Origin: an uncultured Verrucomicrobiae bacterium
GTDB lineage: Bacteria; Verrucomicrobiota; Verrucomicrobiia; Chthoniobacterales; UBA10450
Length of the DNA stretch: 64,000 nucleotides
Direction: 5' to 3'
NCBI GenBank assembly: GCA_963772365.1
Contig: CAVYXA010000001.1
Coordinates: forward strand, 1,536,001-1,600,000
Shown here: positions 1 through 10,335 of the stretch, in pieces
Layout of the letters: each line of letters begins with the position of its first letter
Position numbering within the stretch: the first letter of the stretch is position 1
Notes under the pieces: model-generated
The model's input: only the letters and a program-made list of their open reading frames with translations
What the model was told of the DNA's origin: nothing
Databases searched by the model: none
Translations under genes and position numbers: made by a program

Positions 1-2
1 TT

Positions 3-1337
3 CTTCAGGCGCCGCTCCTCGAACTGCGGAATCTGGTTCAGCAGGAGATGGAAACAAATCCCGTCCTCGAGGAGTTGGCCGATCCGCCGAAATCGGAGGA
101 GAGCAGCGAGCCGACGAGTTCGGGTGACGATAACTTTAAAGAAGAATTCGATAAGCTGGCCAAGCTCGATGAGGAATGGCGCGATTACATGGCGCAATCG
201 AGCAGTTACAGCGGGCGCTCGCAAGAAGCGGAGGAAAAGCGGCAGTTCTTTTTCGATTCCATTGCCACTCAGGAAACGCTCCAGCAGCATCTCATGGGGC
301 AACTTAATCAAACAGTTCTCAACGCGAATGATCGCAAAACGGCGGAGCTGATCATTGGCAATGTTGACGATAACGGTTTTCTCCAGACGACGCCGGACGA
401 GATGGCGCTCAATACCGGCATACCGAAAGAAGATTTCGATAATATGCTTACGCTCGTCCAGAGTTTTTATCCGCCCGGCGTGGGAGCGCGCGATTTACGG
501 GAATGTTTGCTGATCCAACTCAAGCGGGAAGGCCGTCAAAGCAGCCTCGAATACAAGATTATTTCCGAGCATATGGCGGATCTGGGTAAACGCCGTTTTC
601 CCGAGATCGCCCGCCGGATGGGGATCAGCGTCGAACAGGTCCAAAAGTGCGCTAACAATATTGCCCAGCTCGACCCGCGGCCGGGCGCCATCTTTGCCGC
701 AGCTCCGCAAAATTACGTGCTGCCCGATGTAACGGTCGAGAAAGTGAACGGCCAGTATCAAATCATTCTCAACGGCGAACAAATTCCGCATCTTCGCATC
801 AGCAACACCTACAAGGACATCATGGCGCAAGACAGCAATGGAAGCGAAGTGAAGGATTACATCCGCGACAAAATCCGTAGTGGGAAATTCCTGATAAAAT
901 CGATCCACCAGCGCCAGCAAACCATTTCCAACATTGCTCACCAGATCGTGAATCGGCAGCGGGAGTTTTTCGAGCACGGTTCGTCTCATCTCAAACCGAT
1001 GACCATGGTCCAGGTAGCCGATGCTGTGGGAGTGCATGAAACCACTGTGAGCCGCGCCATATCGGGCAAATACATGGCTACGCCACAAGGTGTGTTCGAG
1101 ATGAAATATTTCTTTACCCCTGGTTATCAAACGTCGAGCGGAGAATCGATGAGCAATACCAGCGTCAAAGAAACCATTCTCGATCTTGTCAAAAATGAGG
1201 ATGGAAGTGCGCCATTGAGCGACAAAGAAATTGTCGAGATTCTGAGCAAACGCGGCATCCCGATTGCCCGCCGCACCGTGGCAAAGTATCGGACCGAGTT
1301 AAACATTTTGCCGAGCAACATGCGGCGGAAATACTGA
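3..1337 (+). CDS. rpoN: RNA polymerase sigma-54 factor (5' truncated by window edge)
   Basis: Frame is open from position 3 (LQAPLLELR...). Contains PPGVGARDLRECL, the HTH VHETTVSRA and the RpoN box ARRTVAKYR. Confidence 0.97.
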   Translation, partial: LQAPLLELRNLVQQEMETNPVLEELADPPKSEESSEPTSSGDDNFKEEFDKLAKLDEEWRDYMAQSSSYSGRSQEAEEKRQFFFDSIATQETLQQHLMGQLNQTVLNANDRKTAELIIGNVDDNGFLQTTPDEMALNTGIPKEDFDNMLTLVQSFYPPGVGARDLRECLLIQLKREGRQSSLEYKIISEHMADLGKRRFPEIARRMGISVEQVQKCANNIAQLDPRPGAIFAAAPQNYVLPDVTVEKVNGQYQIILNGEQIPHLRISNTYKDIMAQDSNGSEVKDYIRDKIRSGKFLIKSIHQRQQTISNIAHQIVNRQREFFEHGSSHLKPMTMVQVADAVGVHETTVSRAISGKYMATPQGVFEMKYFFTPGYQTSSGESMSNTSVKETILDLVKNEDGSAPLSDKEIVEILSKRGIPIARRTVAKYRTELNILPSNMRRKY

Positions 1338-1420
1338 GTGGCGGCTGCGCTATTCAAAACCGCATCACATTCTCCGACGAGAGGGATCCCTGTAATTCAG
1401 GATAGGTTAACATTGCCAGA

Positions 1421-4270
1421 CTAAGGCCTGGGATTTTGGCTTTGCGACGCAAGGAGTGCTTCGAAGCGTGGATCGTTGCGAAGAGGATCAAACATCGGAT
1501 CGAGCCGAAGCAGTGCTGGCGTGAGTGGCTGGCCTGAAGCAATGGCGCCAGCATACGGCATCCGCAAGAGCTTTTCTAAAGTGGCGAACGCGCGGTCGTG
1601 GTCTCCAGTTTGTGCCGCGACTCTGGCCAGCACCTCCATCGGAAGTGGCCCCGCCATAGCGTCTCGTTCGATCGAATTCATCGCCATCGCTCGTTTCGCC
1701 AGGAACAGAGCCTCAGCCCTGTTGCCAAGAAATGCATTGGTCATGGCCAGAAGCCCGGCGAGGCCCCAATTTTCTGGTTGTTCCTTAAAGTATGACTCGA
1801 ATTCAGTGCGCGCTTTCTGCCAACTTTCCTGGGCCGCAGCATGATCGCCGGCGATTTCTTGCGCCCAGCCCAACCAAAAACGAAAAGCGGCGTTGTAAAA
1901 GCCCAAGGCTGGATCAGGCTTGGCCAATATCTCTTGCAGTCGAGGGATGATACGTGCAGATCGCCGTTCGAGAATCGCTTGATAAAACTGTGTCTCTACA
2001 GCTGAGACATCATCCGCGGCTGGATGCAAAGGAGCGAGTAATGCAGCGGCACGTGGCAAATCGCCTTCGGCTTGCGCGATCGCCGCTTTTGTGGCGACGG
2101 TGTCCACGTCATTCGGAGCAATGTCCAGAACCAAATCAAGCTTTCGCTCCGCTTCCGCGAAACGCCGAAGGCAGACATAGGAAAGGGCGTGTTGTGTCAG
2201 CAGCGTAACGTTTCGCGGATCGAGTCGCTCGGCTTGACGGAAGTACAACTCGCTCCGATCCCAGTCACCCCGCCTTCGGGCAACGCAGGCGAGCGATTCG
2301 GGAATTTGGCTGCTGTTTGGCAGGTAATGACGCGCTTCCTCAAAATAGCGGACCGCGGTATCGTAGTTCCGGAGGCACGCATAATGATAATATCCGATGG
2401 CGAAAACAGCCTCGCCCAGATCAGGTTGCAGAAGGAGTGCGGTTTCAGCTGACTTCCGGGCCTCTGCACGAAGAGCAGGAGTTGGTTGAAGAGTGACGAT
2501 GTTGTATCCACGCGCTTCCACGTGCGAGAGAAGTGCCCAGGCAAGGGCAAACTTGGGATCCAGGTGCACGGCCCGTCGAAGATTTTTCTGTGCGGCCAGC
2601 ATGTTGGCCGGCGTACTTGCGGTTTTTGAGCTACAGACGAGTCCGCGCAGATAGGCGTCATATGCATCGATGCTGTCAGTTGGTTCGGCACCCATGACCT
2701 GCTCTTCGTCACCGGTGAGCCTCGCCTGCAGCTGGTCGGCAACCGATTTCGCAACCTCATTTTCGACAGAAAAGATGTCCGTCAGTTTTCGATCAAAACT
2801 TTCGGCCCAAATACGCGAACCGTCCGATGCACGAATTAACTGCACGTTGATCCGCATTGTGTAGCCGCTCTTCTGCACGCTTCCTTCCAAAACGTTTGTG
2901 ACGCCAAGTTGTTTAGCGATCTCACCCAGATTTTGCGGCATGCTTTTGTATCCCAGAGTGGAAGTACGCGAAACTACCCTCAAATCGGCAATCCTGGACA
3001 GTCGCGTGAGAATCTCGTCGTGAATACCATCGGCAAAGTAGGCATTGGCTTTTTCTTCAGTTCGGTTTTCAAAAGGGAGAACGGCCACAGTCTTCTCTGG
3101 AACGAAAGATTGTTGTGTAGACGCGATCGGTTCGCAAAGCAGCCATATGACTGCAGCGCCAAGTAAAAAGCATGCCGCCGCGGCCGTGGCTAGCTTTGGA
3201 TTTCGTCGCGACCAGGTCCGGATACGAGTGGCCAAGAATGGCGGCCGGGCAATGATCGGTCGACTTTCCAGCCAGCGCTCAAGATCGACAGCCAATTCGG
3301 CGGCACTGTGATAACGGGCCCGCGGTTCGCGTTCCAAACATTTGGCGCAGATCGTTTCAAGGTCGCGATCCAACCCCGGCGCCAGCGTGTGCAGTTTCGG
3401 GGCCGATTTTTCAGATGCTTGCTGAATGACGGCCAACGCCTGCTCGCCTAGAAATGGCGGGCGTCCGGCAAGCAGATCAAACAAAATGGCGCCCAGACTG
3501 TACACATCAGCCGCCCCCGATGTGAGCTTGGCTGCGCCTTTGATTTGCTCTGGGGCAACGTAACCCGGTGTTCCGAAAATTGTTAGCGTGCGTGTAAGAT
3601 CGCTCGAACCATCGAGCCACTTTGCCAGACCGAAATCGCTCACCATCGGCTCGCCGCGCGCGTCGAGCATAATATTTCCCGGCTTCAAGTCCCGGTGCAG
3701 GATTCCCTGCGAATGCGCGTATTGCACCGCCCGTGCGACTTTCGCCATCAGCCCTACGCACCGACGCGGGTCTCTCCGCAGCGCGGTTCTGGCTTCCAGC
3801 AAGCTGCCACCGGCTGCGTATTTCATGCTGAAAAAAGGCAGGCCATCTTCGCCTTCACCGACTTCGTAAATCGGTAAAATGTTTGGATGATCGAGGCTTG
3901 CTGCTGCCTCGGCTTCACGCCGAAACCGCGCAAGGGTTTCTTTCGAATCCGCATGATGGGACAGAATCCGCTTGAGCGCGACAATCCGGCGAGAATGGCG
4001 CTGTCTTGCCCGATAAATAACACCCATTCCGCCGCGGCCGATCTCTTCTAGAATTTGATAGTTGCCAAACCGCCAATCGGTATCGCGGATATCGATTTCG
4101 ACCAGAGCCGCGGCGAATGATTCGCGATCGCACTCGGCATCAAAAGGTGGTTGCAGCAGGCAACCCACACAAAGGCCATTCTCTACCCGCACGACCGAGC
4201 CGCAGCGTTCGCAGGCGCTCGTCTCGGCCAAGATTCCAGCATGCGAATCAGTTAGGCCATTGGAAATCAT
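1421..4270 (-). CDS. Hanks-type Ser/Thr protein kinase with TM segment, TolB-like domain and TPR repeats
   Basis: N-terminal CxxC..CxxC knuckle; kinase motifs IGRGGMGVIY, VALK, HRDLKPGN, DFGLAK, GTPGYVAPE; TolB-like VAVLPFEN..YFADGIHDEIL; C-terminal TPRs. Start placed at MISNGL (4270). Confidence 0.92.
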   Translation of the reverse strand: MISNGLTDSHAGILAETSACERCGSVVRVENGLCVGCLLQPPFDAECDRESFAAALVEIDIRDTDWRFGNYQILEEIGRGGMGVIYRARQRHSRRIVALKRILSHHADSKETLARFRREAEAAASLDHPNILPIYEVGEGEDGLPFFSMKYAAGGSLLEARTALRRDPRRCVGLMAKVARAVQYAHSQGILHRDLKPGNIMLDARGEPMVSDFGLAKWLDGSSDLTRTLTIFGTPGYVAPEQIKGAAKLTSGAADVYSLGAILFDLLAGRPPFLGEQALAVIQQASEKSAPKLHTLAPGLDRDLETICAKCLEREPRARYHSAAELAVDLERWLESRPIIARPPFLATRIRTWSRRNPKLATAAAACFLLGAAVIWLLCEPIASTQQSFVPEKTVAVLPFENRTEEKANAYFADGIHDEILTRLSRIADLRVVSRTSTLGYKSMPQNLGEIAKQLGVTNVLEGSVQKSGYTMRINVQLIRASDGSRIWAESFDRKLTDIFSVENEVAKSVADQLQARLTGDEEQVMGAEPTDSIDAYDAYLRGLVCSSKTASTPANMLAAQKNLRRAVHLDPKFALAWALLSHVEARGYNIVTLQPTPALRAEARKSAETALLLQPDLGEAVFAIGYYHYACLRNYDTAVRYFEEARHYLPNSSQIPESLACVARRRGDWDRSELYFRQAERLDPRNVTLLTQHALSYVCLRRFAEAERKLDLVLDIAPNDVDTVATKAAIAQAEGDLPRAAALLAPLHPAADDVSAVETQFYQAILERRSARIIPRLQEILAKPDPALGFYNAAFRFWLGWAQEIAGDHAAAQESWQKARTEFESYFKEQPENWGLAGLLAMTNAFLGNRAEALFLAKRAMAMNSIERDAMAGPLPMEVLARVAAQTGDHDRAFATLEKLLRMPYAGAIASGQPLTPALLRLDPMFDPLRNDPRFEALLASQSQNPRP

Positions 4271-4290
4271 GATTCGTAAGCGTTGAATCG

Positions 4291-5064
4291 TTAGCTCGGT
4301 CCAGCTCCGGCAAGCGCCGAGCAAAGATAGCGCACTTCATCATCAATCGAAGCTGGCGATTCAACGGTATCTGCGACTTCTTCGCGCAAGAGCGCGCGAT
4401 ACCGTTGTCGCATCAGGTGCAACAACTTTTTGACGGCAGGCTCAGTTGCACCAATGCGTCTGGCCAGATTCACGATCGAAACATCCGTGCGCTCGGCCAT
4501 CAATATGCTGCTAAGCGCATCGAAGACGCGGCGACGGCCTCGCGCTTCGCATTCCTCCGCGAGCCGCCTCAAGGCGCGTTCGACAACGGTGGCAGCCCAC
4601 CGCAAATCAAAAATTTGTTCCGGCGACGAGCTGGCCAGCGCTTTCTCCGGAATCAACAGCCGCGAAGGCGCTTCCGCCATCCAATCATCCCATGAGACAA
4701 ATTCCACGTCACCGCCCCGTTTCCGTGTGGCGCGCTTGTCCTTCTCATCGTTGAGGAAATTGTTCAATGCTTTGAGCAGCAAAGAACGAAATCGACCGCG
4801 TTCGGGGTCGGCCCGCTTCAGGAGTTTTCCATCGAGCACTTTGAGAAAAAAATCCTGCGTGAGATCCTGTGCATCCACCGCGGAATGACCGCGCTGACAG
4901 ATATAAGCGAAAATGGGACGCCAGTAAGTCTGACAGAGTTGCGCTAGAGCATCACGCGCTACCCGACTATTAACAGACGAGGTGGCACACTGGAGAACGA
5001 CGCTCCAGCGGGTCGTTGCGAATCGACCGGGTTTCCCATTCTGCCTGGCAGCCATCTCTATCAT
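4291..5064 (-). CDS. ECF-type sigma-70 factor, kinase-associated type
   Basis: FATTRWS, YWRPIFAY, DAQDLTQDFF, ADPERGRFRS and a C-terminal HTH; directly upstream of the kinase gene. Confidence 0.88.
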   Translation of the reverse strand: MIEMAARQNGKPGRFATTRWSVVLQCATSSVNSRVARDALAQLCQTYWRPIFAYICQRGHSAVDAQDLTQDFFLKVLDGKLLKRADPERGRFRSLLLKALNNFLNDEKDKRATRKRGGDVEFVSWDDWMAEAPSRLLIPEKALASSSPEQIFDLRWAATVVERALRRLAEECEARGRRRVFDALSSILMAERTDVSIVNLARRIGATEPAVKKLLHLMRQRYRALLREEVADTVESPASIDDEVRYLCSALAGAGPS

Positions 5065-5240
5065 CGACGCCGCCGATTCTCTCTTTTACGCAAATGTCAG
5101 GCAAGCTCGTATTCATGACGGACGTAAAGCTCTTCGAAAGTTACGAATAATTCGAAGTGTGCTCGGCAAAACCGCTCGGATTCAGGATGTTGAAAGTCGG
5201 TCTCTGGGATTAGCCAGGGCGGCCAGCGGTCGGCGATAGT

Positions 5241-5918
5241 TTATCCCGTACAATATTCACGCGCCCCTGCATTAAGGGCTTTGGTGTCGGGGTAGCCGAG
5301 CTTCCGCCCAAGATGTTTGCAGTGTGTTTGCACAGTGGTTTTGCTGATCCCGAGGCGTTTCGAAATTGCTGCGACGCCTTCTCCCATGGCGATCAGTGAA
5401 AAGATCGCCAGCTCAATCTCGCTAAGTACATCAAGCGGATCCGGAACGGGACTGCGCCCGGCAAATCGCTGCACAGCCAGAGAAGCAATGTCCCTGCTGA
5501 CGTAAATCTCTCCGGCGGCGACCGTGCTAATCGCTCGGAGCAATTCTGCCTCCGGGTTCTTTTTCATCCAGTACCCGCTCGCTCCTGCTCGGAGCGCGCG
5601 CTCGGCATAAATGCGTTCCGCCTGACTAGAAACTACCAGGACTCGCGTGTGAGAAAATTCCGTGACCAGATCGCGGATCCATTGCAGTGCGTCGCAGTTT
5701 TCCAAAAATGGTTCCAGCAACAAAACATCTGGTTGAAGATCGCGAATCAACCGCATCGCCTCGGAATAATCATGCGCTGTGCCGCATACTCGATACTCCT
5801 CCCGTTGCGCAACGATCCTCGCGAGTTCGCGCGCTCCGGACGGTTTTTCATCCACAATGACAATGAAATAAGCCCGAGTCCGGCCCGGCTTGCTGCTTTC
5901 GGAAACAAGGGAAGTCAT
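5241..5918 (-). CDS. NarL/LuxR-family response regulator (degenerate receiver)
   Basis: Receiver IVIVDE..PDVLLLE..ALRAGASGY plus a LuxR HTH (LSEIELAIFSLIAMG..ISKTTVQTH). Start codon is uncertain. Confidence 0.85.
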   Translation of the reverse strand: MTSLVSESSKPGRTRAYFIVIVDEKPSGARELARIVAQREEYRVCGTAHDYSEAMRLIRDLQPDVLLLEPFLENCDALQWIRDLVTEFSHTRVLVVSSQAERIYAERALRAGASGYWMKKNPEAELLRAISTVAAGEIYVSRDIASLAVQRFAGRSPVPDPLDVLSEIELAIFSLIAMGEGVAAISKRLGISKTTVQTHCKHLGRKLGYPDTKALNAGAREYCTG

Positions 5919-6028
5919 TGGCCCCTTGCAATTCTTTCCGAGAATTTCGCGAGGAAGATTCTGCGTAATGTCAGATTTGCACGAAATCAATATTTCACCT
6001 GGCACGAATAATCCGCTAAAAGGGAAAC

Positions 6029-6388
6029 ATGACCCCAAAGATGCGAGCTGCCGTGATCGCGGAATGGCGCGGGTTGCCAGGCAAACAACCACTGCGCGAG
6101 CGATGGCAATCGCCGGGCGAGGTATTGCCAAAACTGATCCAGCGCCTTGGATTACGGGAACGCTTACACGAAACCGAAGTGATTGAAGCGTGGGCCGCGA
6201 TCGTGGGCGAATTCCTCGCCACGCATTCGGCACCGATCGCATTGCGCGACGGCATTCTCTACGTCCGTGTTCTCCAGCCAGCGTTACATTACGAGCTCGA
6301 TCAGGTTTCGAAGATCGACATCTTACGAAAGCTCAAACAGCGATTCGGCGGAAAGACGATCCGCGATGTTCGTTTTCGGATTGGTTGA
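6029..6388 (+). CDS. DUF721/DciA-family protein
   Basis: EAWAAIVGEFLATHSAP..LRDGILYVRV..ELDQ..ILRKLK..IRDVRFRIG pattern. Confidence 0.8.
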   Translation: MTPKMRAAVIAEWRGLPGKQPLRERWQSPGEVLPKLIQRLGLRERLHETEVIEAWAAIVGEFLATHSAPIALRDGILYVRVLQPALHYELDQVSKIDILRKLKQRFGGKTIRDVRFRIG

Positions 6389-6399
6389 ATCTGCCTCTT

Positions 6400-6753
6400 C
6401 TATTGCCAATGACCTTCGATCCAGACCGAGCCGCCCGGTCTTGGGATCCAATGGCCTTCTACCCAGACCGCCGTCGGCGTTGGCCGAGCGATCCAACTTC
6501 CGCCGATCCACACATAACGGGTGCCGGTCCACCGCCAATGGCCCGTTGACCAGACGTAACCGGGTCCGGGAGCCGCGGTCCTGGTTTCGATTCGGACTGC
6601 CGGTGGCGCTTGAGCGACCACCACTTCTCCCATGCCGGGGCGAGTCGTAGTGGTGACTTCGCGCGTGACCGTGGTGGTTGTTTCCACCGGCTGAGCGGCA
6701 CAGCCGACCAAGAAAAGCGCCGGCAATGTCAAAAGATAACGAAAACGATTCAT
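6400..6753 (-). CDS. YXWGXW-repeat lipoprotein
   Basis: Lipobox LVGC, Thr-rich linker, repeats YVWSTGHW/YVWIGGSW/VWVEGHW/VWIEGHW. Confidence 0.85.
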   Translation of the reverse strand: MNRFRYLLTLPALFLVGCAAQPVETTTTVTREVTTTTRPGMGEVVVAQAPPAVRIETRTAAPGPGYVWSTGHWRWTGTRYVWIGGSWIARPTPTAVWVEGHWIPRPGGSVWIEGHWQ

Positions 6754-6863
6754 AAGCTCCTCCTCCTGTTGATTCGTTTGCCGGAGGTTCTTCGGTTTTG
6801 CAAGTGGATTGATTCGTCGCCCACACGCTGGCGCGGCCGGTGGTTCTGTCGCATTATCTTTTC

Positions 6864-7532
6864 ATGCTTTACGTGGTCGCAACACCGATCGGTAATCTTG
6901 GCGACATCACCCGCCGCGCGCTCGATGTCTTGAACGCTGTCGATCTTATTGCTGCGGAAGACACGCGCCACTCGGGCATGTTGCTTGTGCATTTCGGAAT
7001 CAAAAAACCACTGCTGAGTTATCACGAGCACAACGAAGCCATGCGCACTGCTCAATTGCTGGAAAAACTCGCCGCCGGACAAAACGTGGCATTGATTACA
7101 GACGCCGGAACGCCTGGCCTTTCTGATCCTGGAGCGCGACTGATTCGCGAATGCATTAAACGCGAGTTGCCATTCACAGTGATTCCCGGCCCATCGGCAA
7201 TTCTAACAGCACTCGTCGGCTCTGGATTTTCGCTGGAAAAATTCTGTTTCCGCGGATTTCTGCCGGTAAAAAGCGGCCAGCGTGAACGCGAATTACGCAC
7301 CGCCGCGGACCGCGACGAGACCACGATCTTTTTCGAGTCGCCTTACCGATTAAACAAGACTCTCGCTACATGCACTGGGATTATGGCGGATCGACAACTT
7401 TGCGTGGCCCGAGAGCTGACGAAGAAATTCGAGGAATTTCGCCGTGGTACGGCCAAAGAACTTCTGGCGCATTACCAGGCGCACCCGGCAAAGGGCGAAA
7501 TCGTGCTCTTAATCTCAGGCAAGGGCGATTGA
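6864..7532 (+). CDS. rsmI: 16S rRNA C1402 2'-O-methyltransferase
   Basis: MLYVVATPIGNLGDIT, AAEDTRH, DAGTPGLSDPG, FESPYR, ARELTKKFEE. Confidence 0.95.
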   Translation: MLYVVATPIGNLGDITRRALDVLNAVDLIAAEDTRHSGMLLVHFGIKKPLLSYHEHNEAMRTAQLLEKLAAGQNVALITDAGTPGLSDPGARLIRECIKRELPFTVIPGPSAILTALVGSGFSLEKFCFRGFLPVKSGQRERELRTAADRDETTIFFESPYRLNKTLATCTGIMADRQLCVARELTKKFEEFRRGTAKELLAHYQAHPAKGEIVLLISGKGD

Positions 7533-7638
7533 ATCAAATCGCCCGCGGCTCGCGCCTTCGGAGAAACCGATCCACCTTTCAACTTGCGAAACCAAGCCAT
7601 TTGTGGAACTTTGCGCCTCTTTTCCCCGGGGAAACGTT

Positions 7639-7968
7639 ATGGCTTACGTGATTATCAGAACTGGTGGCCGCCAATATCGGGTCGCGGAAGGCGAAACGGT
7701 TGATGTTGATCTTCTCGATGTGGAGCCTGGCAAAACCGCCAGTTTTGAAGTGCTCGCCCACGTTGATGGCGATAAAGTCACTTTTGGCGCCGGCAAGGTA
7801 ACCGCGGAAGTCGTCGAACAGCGAAAGGACAAAAAGGTCATCGCCTTCAAATACAAACGGCGAAAAGGTTATCATCGAACCGTCGGGCATCGGCGTAAAT
7901 TGACCCGGCTAAAAATCAAATCGATCGGGGGCACTAAAAAATCGACGGGCAAAACGAGCGACGAATAA
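7639..7968 (+). CDS. rplU: 50S ribosomal protein L21
   Basis: [29 protein letters not shown]; upstream of rpmA. Confidence 0.96.
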   Translation: MAYVIIRTGGRQYRVAEGETVDVDLLDVEPGKTASFEVLAHVDGDKVTFGAGKVTAEVVEQRKDKKVIAFKYKRRKGYHRTVGHRRKLTRLKIKSIGGTKKSTGKTSDE

Positions 7969-8009
7969 ATTTCATCCTTCCTCCCTCAACCTTCATCCCT
8001 TCTCTCACA

Positions 8010-8267
8010 ATGGCTCACAAAAAAGGACAAGGCAGCGTTAAAAACGGGCGCGACAGCGTCAGCAAACGTCTGGGCGTGAAAAAATTTGGCAGCGAGCTCG
8101 TGGTCGCTGGCAATATCATCGTGCGGCAACGCGGCACGAAATTTGTGCCCGGCAGAAATGTTGGGCTCGGACGCGATTACACGATCTTCGCCCTCGTAGA
8201 CGGCAATGTGCGCTTTGATCGGGGCGGGCGGCGGGTGAATGTCGATCCTGCGCAAGCGTCATCCTAA
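8010..8267 (+). CDS. rpmA: 50S ribosomal protein L27
   Basis: [24 protein letters not shown]. Confidence 0.98.
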   Translation: MAHKKGQGSVKNGRDSVSKRLGVKKFGSELVVAGNIIVRQRGTKFVPGRNVGLGRDYTIFALVDGNVRFDRGGRRVNVDPAQASS

Positions 8268-8377
8268 GCGCAGCGAAGTCGAAGCACCCCGCGGCAAGGC
8301 CTCAGTCTTTGTTACCTGGACTCGGTTCACGAAGCTTGCCGACTTAGATGCTTTTGCGGTATAACGACATTTCTGCC

Positions 8378-8978
8378 ATGAAATACAACACCTTTATCCT
8401 TTTTGGCGCGCCGGGCAGTGGCAAAGGGCACTCAGGGCAAAACGCTCGGCACAATCCCGCGCTTTTATCATTGCGCCTGTGGCGATGTCTTTCGCTCCAT
8501 CGACACCCGCACAAAAGTTGGAAAGGCGTTTCTGGATTACTCCAGCAAAGGCAAACTCGTCCCGGACGAGATCACGGTCGAACTCTGGAAGGAAGCGATC
8601 GATGCCGCGGTGGAAGCGCACAAGTTCAAACCCGATATCGACATTCTGGTTCTCGACGGGATACCTCGGAACGTCGGCCAGGCCAAAATCATGGACGACA
8701 TGATCGATGTAAAGAAAGTTTTTCACCTGTCCTGCCCGAATCGCGACACGCTTTTCTATCGCTTGAAGAAACGCGCTCTCAAAGACAATCGGCTCGACGA
8801 TGCCAACGAAGAAGTGATCCAGCGCCGGCTGGAGATCTATGACACAGATTCGAAGCCCGTGCTCAGTCATTATCCTAAAGAAGCTGTGACGGTCATTGAC
8901 GCGACGCAGCCGCCCGCGAAAGTTCTGCTGGATATTCTGCACAGCATGAACGGCGCGTATGAACCAGCAGCAGTTTGA
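8378..8978 (+). CDS. adk: Adenylate kinase-family protein (one extra G near 8426, probable sequencing indel)
   Basis: MKYNTFILFGAPGSGKG joins TQGK..GKLVPDE..LDGIPRN..RLDD after removing one G from aaagggca. Confidence 0.85.
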
Positions 8979-9201
8979 GAATTTCACCGCATCGACTCTT
9001 TATTGCGACAAATGCAAGGCCACGATGCCGGTCCGTGAGCGATTGCTCTTAGTTCTGCCCGACAAGGAAATTTTCGATTATCTTTGCACCGGCTGCGGCT
9101 CGTCGGTCGGTTCGCGCGAAGTTACTGCCGGCGATAAATTGATGGCTCAGGCCATGGCTGGCCGGTCGCGGCGCGCCCCTAATTCCATTCGCCTGCGCTA
9201 G
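8959..9201 (+). CDS. Small zinc-ribbon protein
   Basis: CDKC..CTGC; overlaps the end of adk and abuts fmt. Confidence 0.75.
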   Translation: MNQQQFENFTASTLYCDKCKATMPVRERLLLVLPDKEIFDYLCTGCGSSVGSREVTAGDKLMAQAMAGRSRRAPNSIRLR

Positions 9202-9205
9202 TCGA

Positions 9206-10120
9206 ATGCGCATCGTCTTTATCGGCTCCGGTGAAATCGGTGTGCCGACTTTGCGAGCGTTGCTCAAATCAGAGCACGAGATCATCGCGGTCGTTACCCA
9301 GCCGGATAAACCGGTCGGGCGGGAACAACATCTGGAGCCACCGCCAATCAAGAAAGAACTCGATAGGGCGCGACCGCTGGACGCGCCGGCGATCTTGCAA
9401 CCGGCGAAAATCAAAGATCGACAAGCAATCGAACAGATTCGGGCGTTCCATCCGGAGGTAATCGTCGTGATGGCTTACGGCCAAATTCTGCCAAAGGAAC
9501 TTCTGGATATTCCTTCGATCGCTTGCCTCAATTTGCACGCCTCTCTTTTGCCACGCTGGCGTGGCGCCGCGCCCATTCAAGCCGCGATCGCGGCGGGCGA
9601 CGCCGAGACTGGTATTACGATTATGTACATCGCCGAAGGACTCGACACCGGGGATATTCTGCTCCAACGCAGGATCGACATCTCGCCGGACGACACCGGT
9701 GGCTCGCTTCACGATCGGCTCGCGCAAATTGCTCCTGAAGCATTATTTGAATCCTTGCTGATGCTTTCCACCGAAACCGCGCCGCGCATTGCCCAGGACA
9801 ACTCGATCGCAACTTACGCACCGAAATTAAAGCGCGACAACGGGCGAATCGATTGGACTGAGCACGCGGAAATCATCGAACGAAAAATCCGAGCGTACAA
9901 TCCCTGGCCGGGAGCATTTATGGAGCTAACCGGCCGGCATCTAAAAATCTTTTCCGCATCCATTGTCGATCTTAACGGAAAGCCCGGCGAGATTTTGCGA
10001 AGCGATAATGAGTTCATCATTGCAGCAGGAAAGAGCGCGTTGTTATTGCGCGAAGTGCAGTTGGAAGGGAAGCGCCGGATGAGCGCGGCGGAGTTTCTGT
10101 GCGGGCGCCGCGATTTCTAA
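9206..10120 (+). CDS. fmt: Methionyl-tRNA formyltransferase
   Basis: VVTQPDKPVGR, NLHASLLPRWRGAAPI, LDTGDI, IRAYNPWPGA. Confidence 0.96.
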   Translation: MRIVFIGSGEIGVPTLRALLKSEHEIIAVVTQPDKPVGREQHLEPPPIKKELDRARPLDAPAILQPAKIKDRQAIEQIRAFHPEVIVVMAYGQILPKELLDIPSIACLNLHASLLPRWRGAAPIQAAIAAGDAETGITIMYIAEGLDTGDILLQRRIDISPDDTGGSLHDRLAQIAPEALFESLLMLSTETAPRIAQDNSIATYAPKLKRDNGRIDWTEHAEIIERKIRAYNPWPGAFMELTGRHLKIFSASIVDLNGKPGEILRSDNEFIIAAGKSALLLREVQLEGKRRMSAAEFLCGRRDF

Positions 10121-10260
10121 AGCGGTGCGAAGACGCCCCGCACTCCGACAGTCCGCCTTCGGACGGACTCGTCCCGTGGCGAGCTTCGCCAAACACAAAC
10201 GCGTCTGGAGTTGTTTTGCACGAAGTGCTTTGGAGTGCGACCGCGTCCTCGCGTCGCTTT
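10119..10260. repeat. REP-like inverted pair (GGAGTGCG family)
   Basis: aaagcggtgcgaagacgccccgcactcc (10119) is an imperfect reverse complement of tttggagtgcgaccgcgtcctcgcgtcgcttt (10229-10260); the same family occurs at 14538-14623. Confidence 0.75.
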
Positions 10261-10335
10261 CGGCAGGCGCACTTCAGATGTTCCACGCATTTTGCTTTTC
10301 AAACGTCGTGCTCTCCTGTTTGATTTGCCCTGCGC

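Noticed and set aside
6000..6017. TGGCACG sigma-54-like motifs at 6000 and ~52708
   Set aside because: No GC at the required 10-nt spacing.
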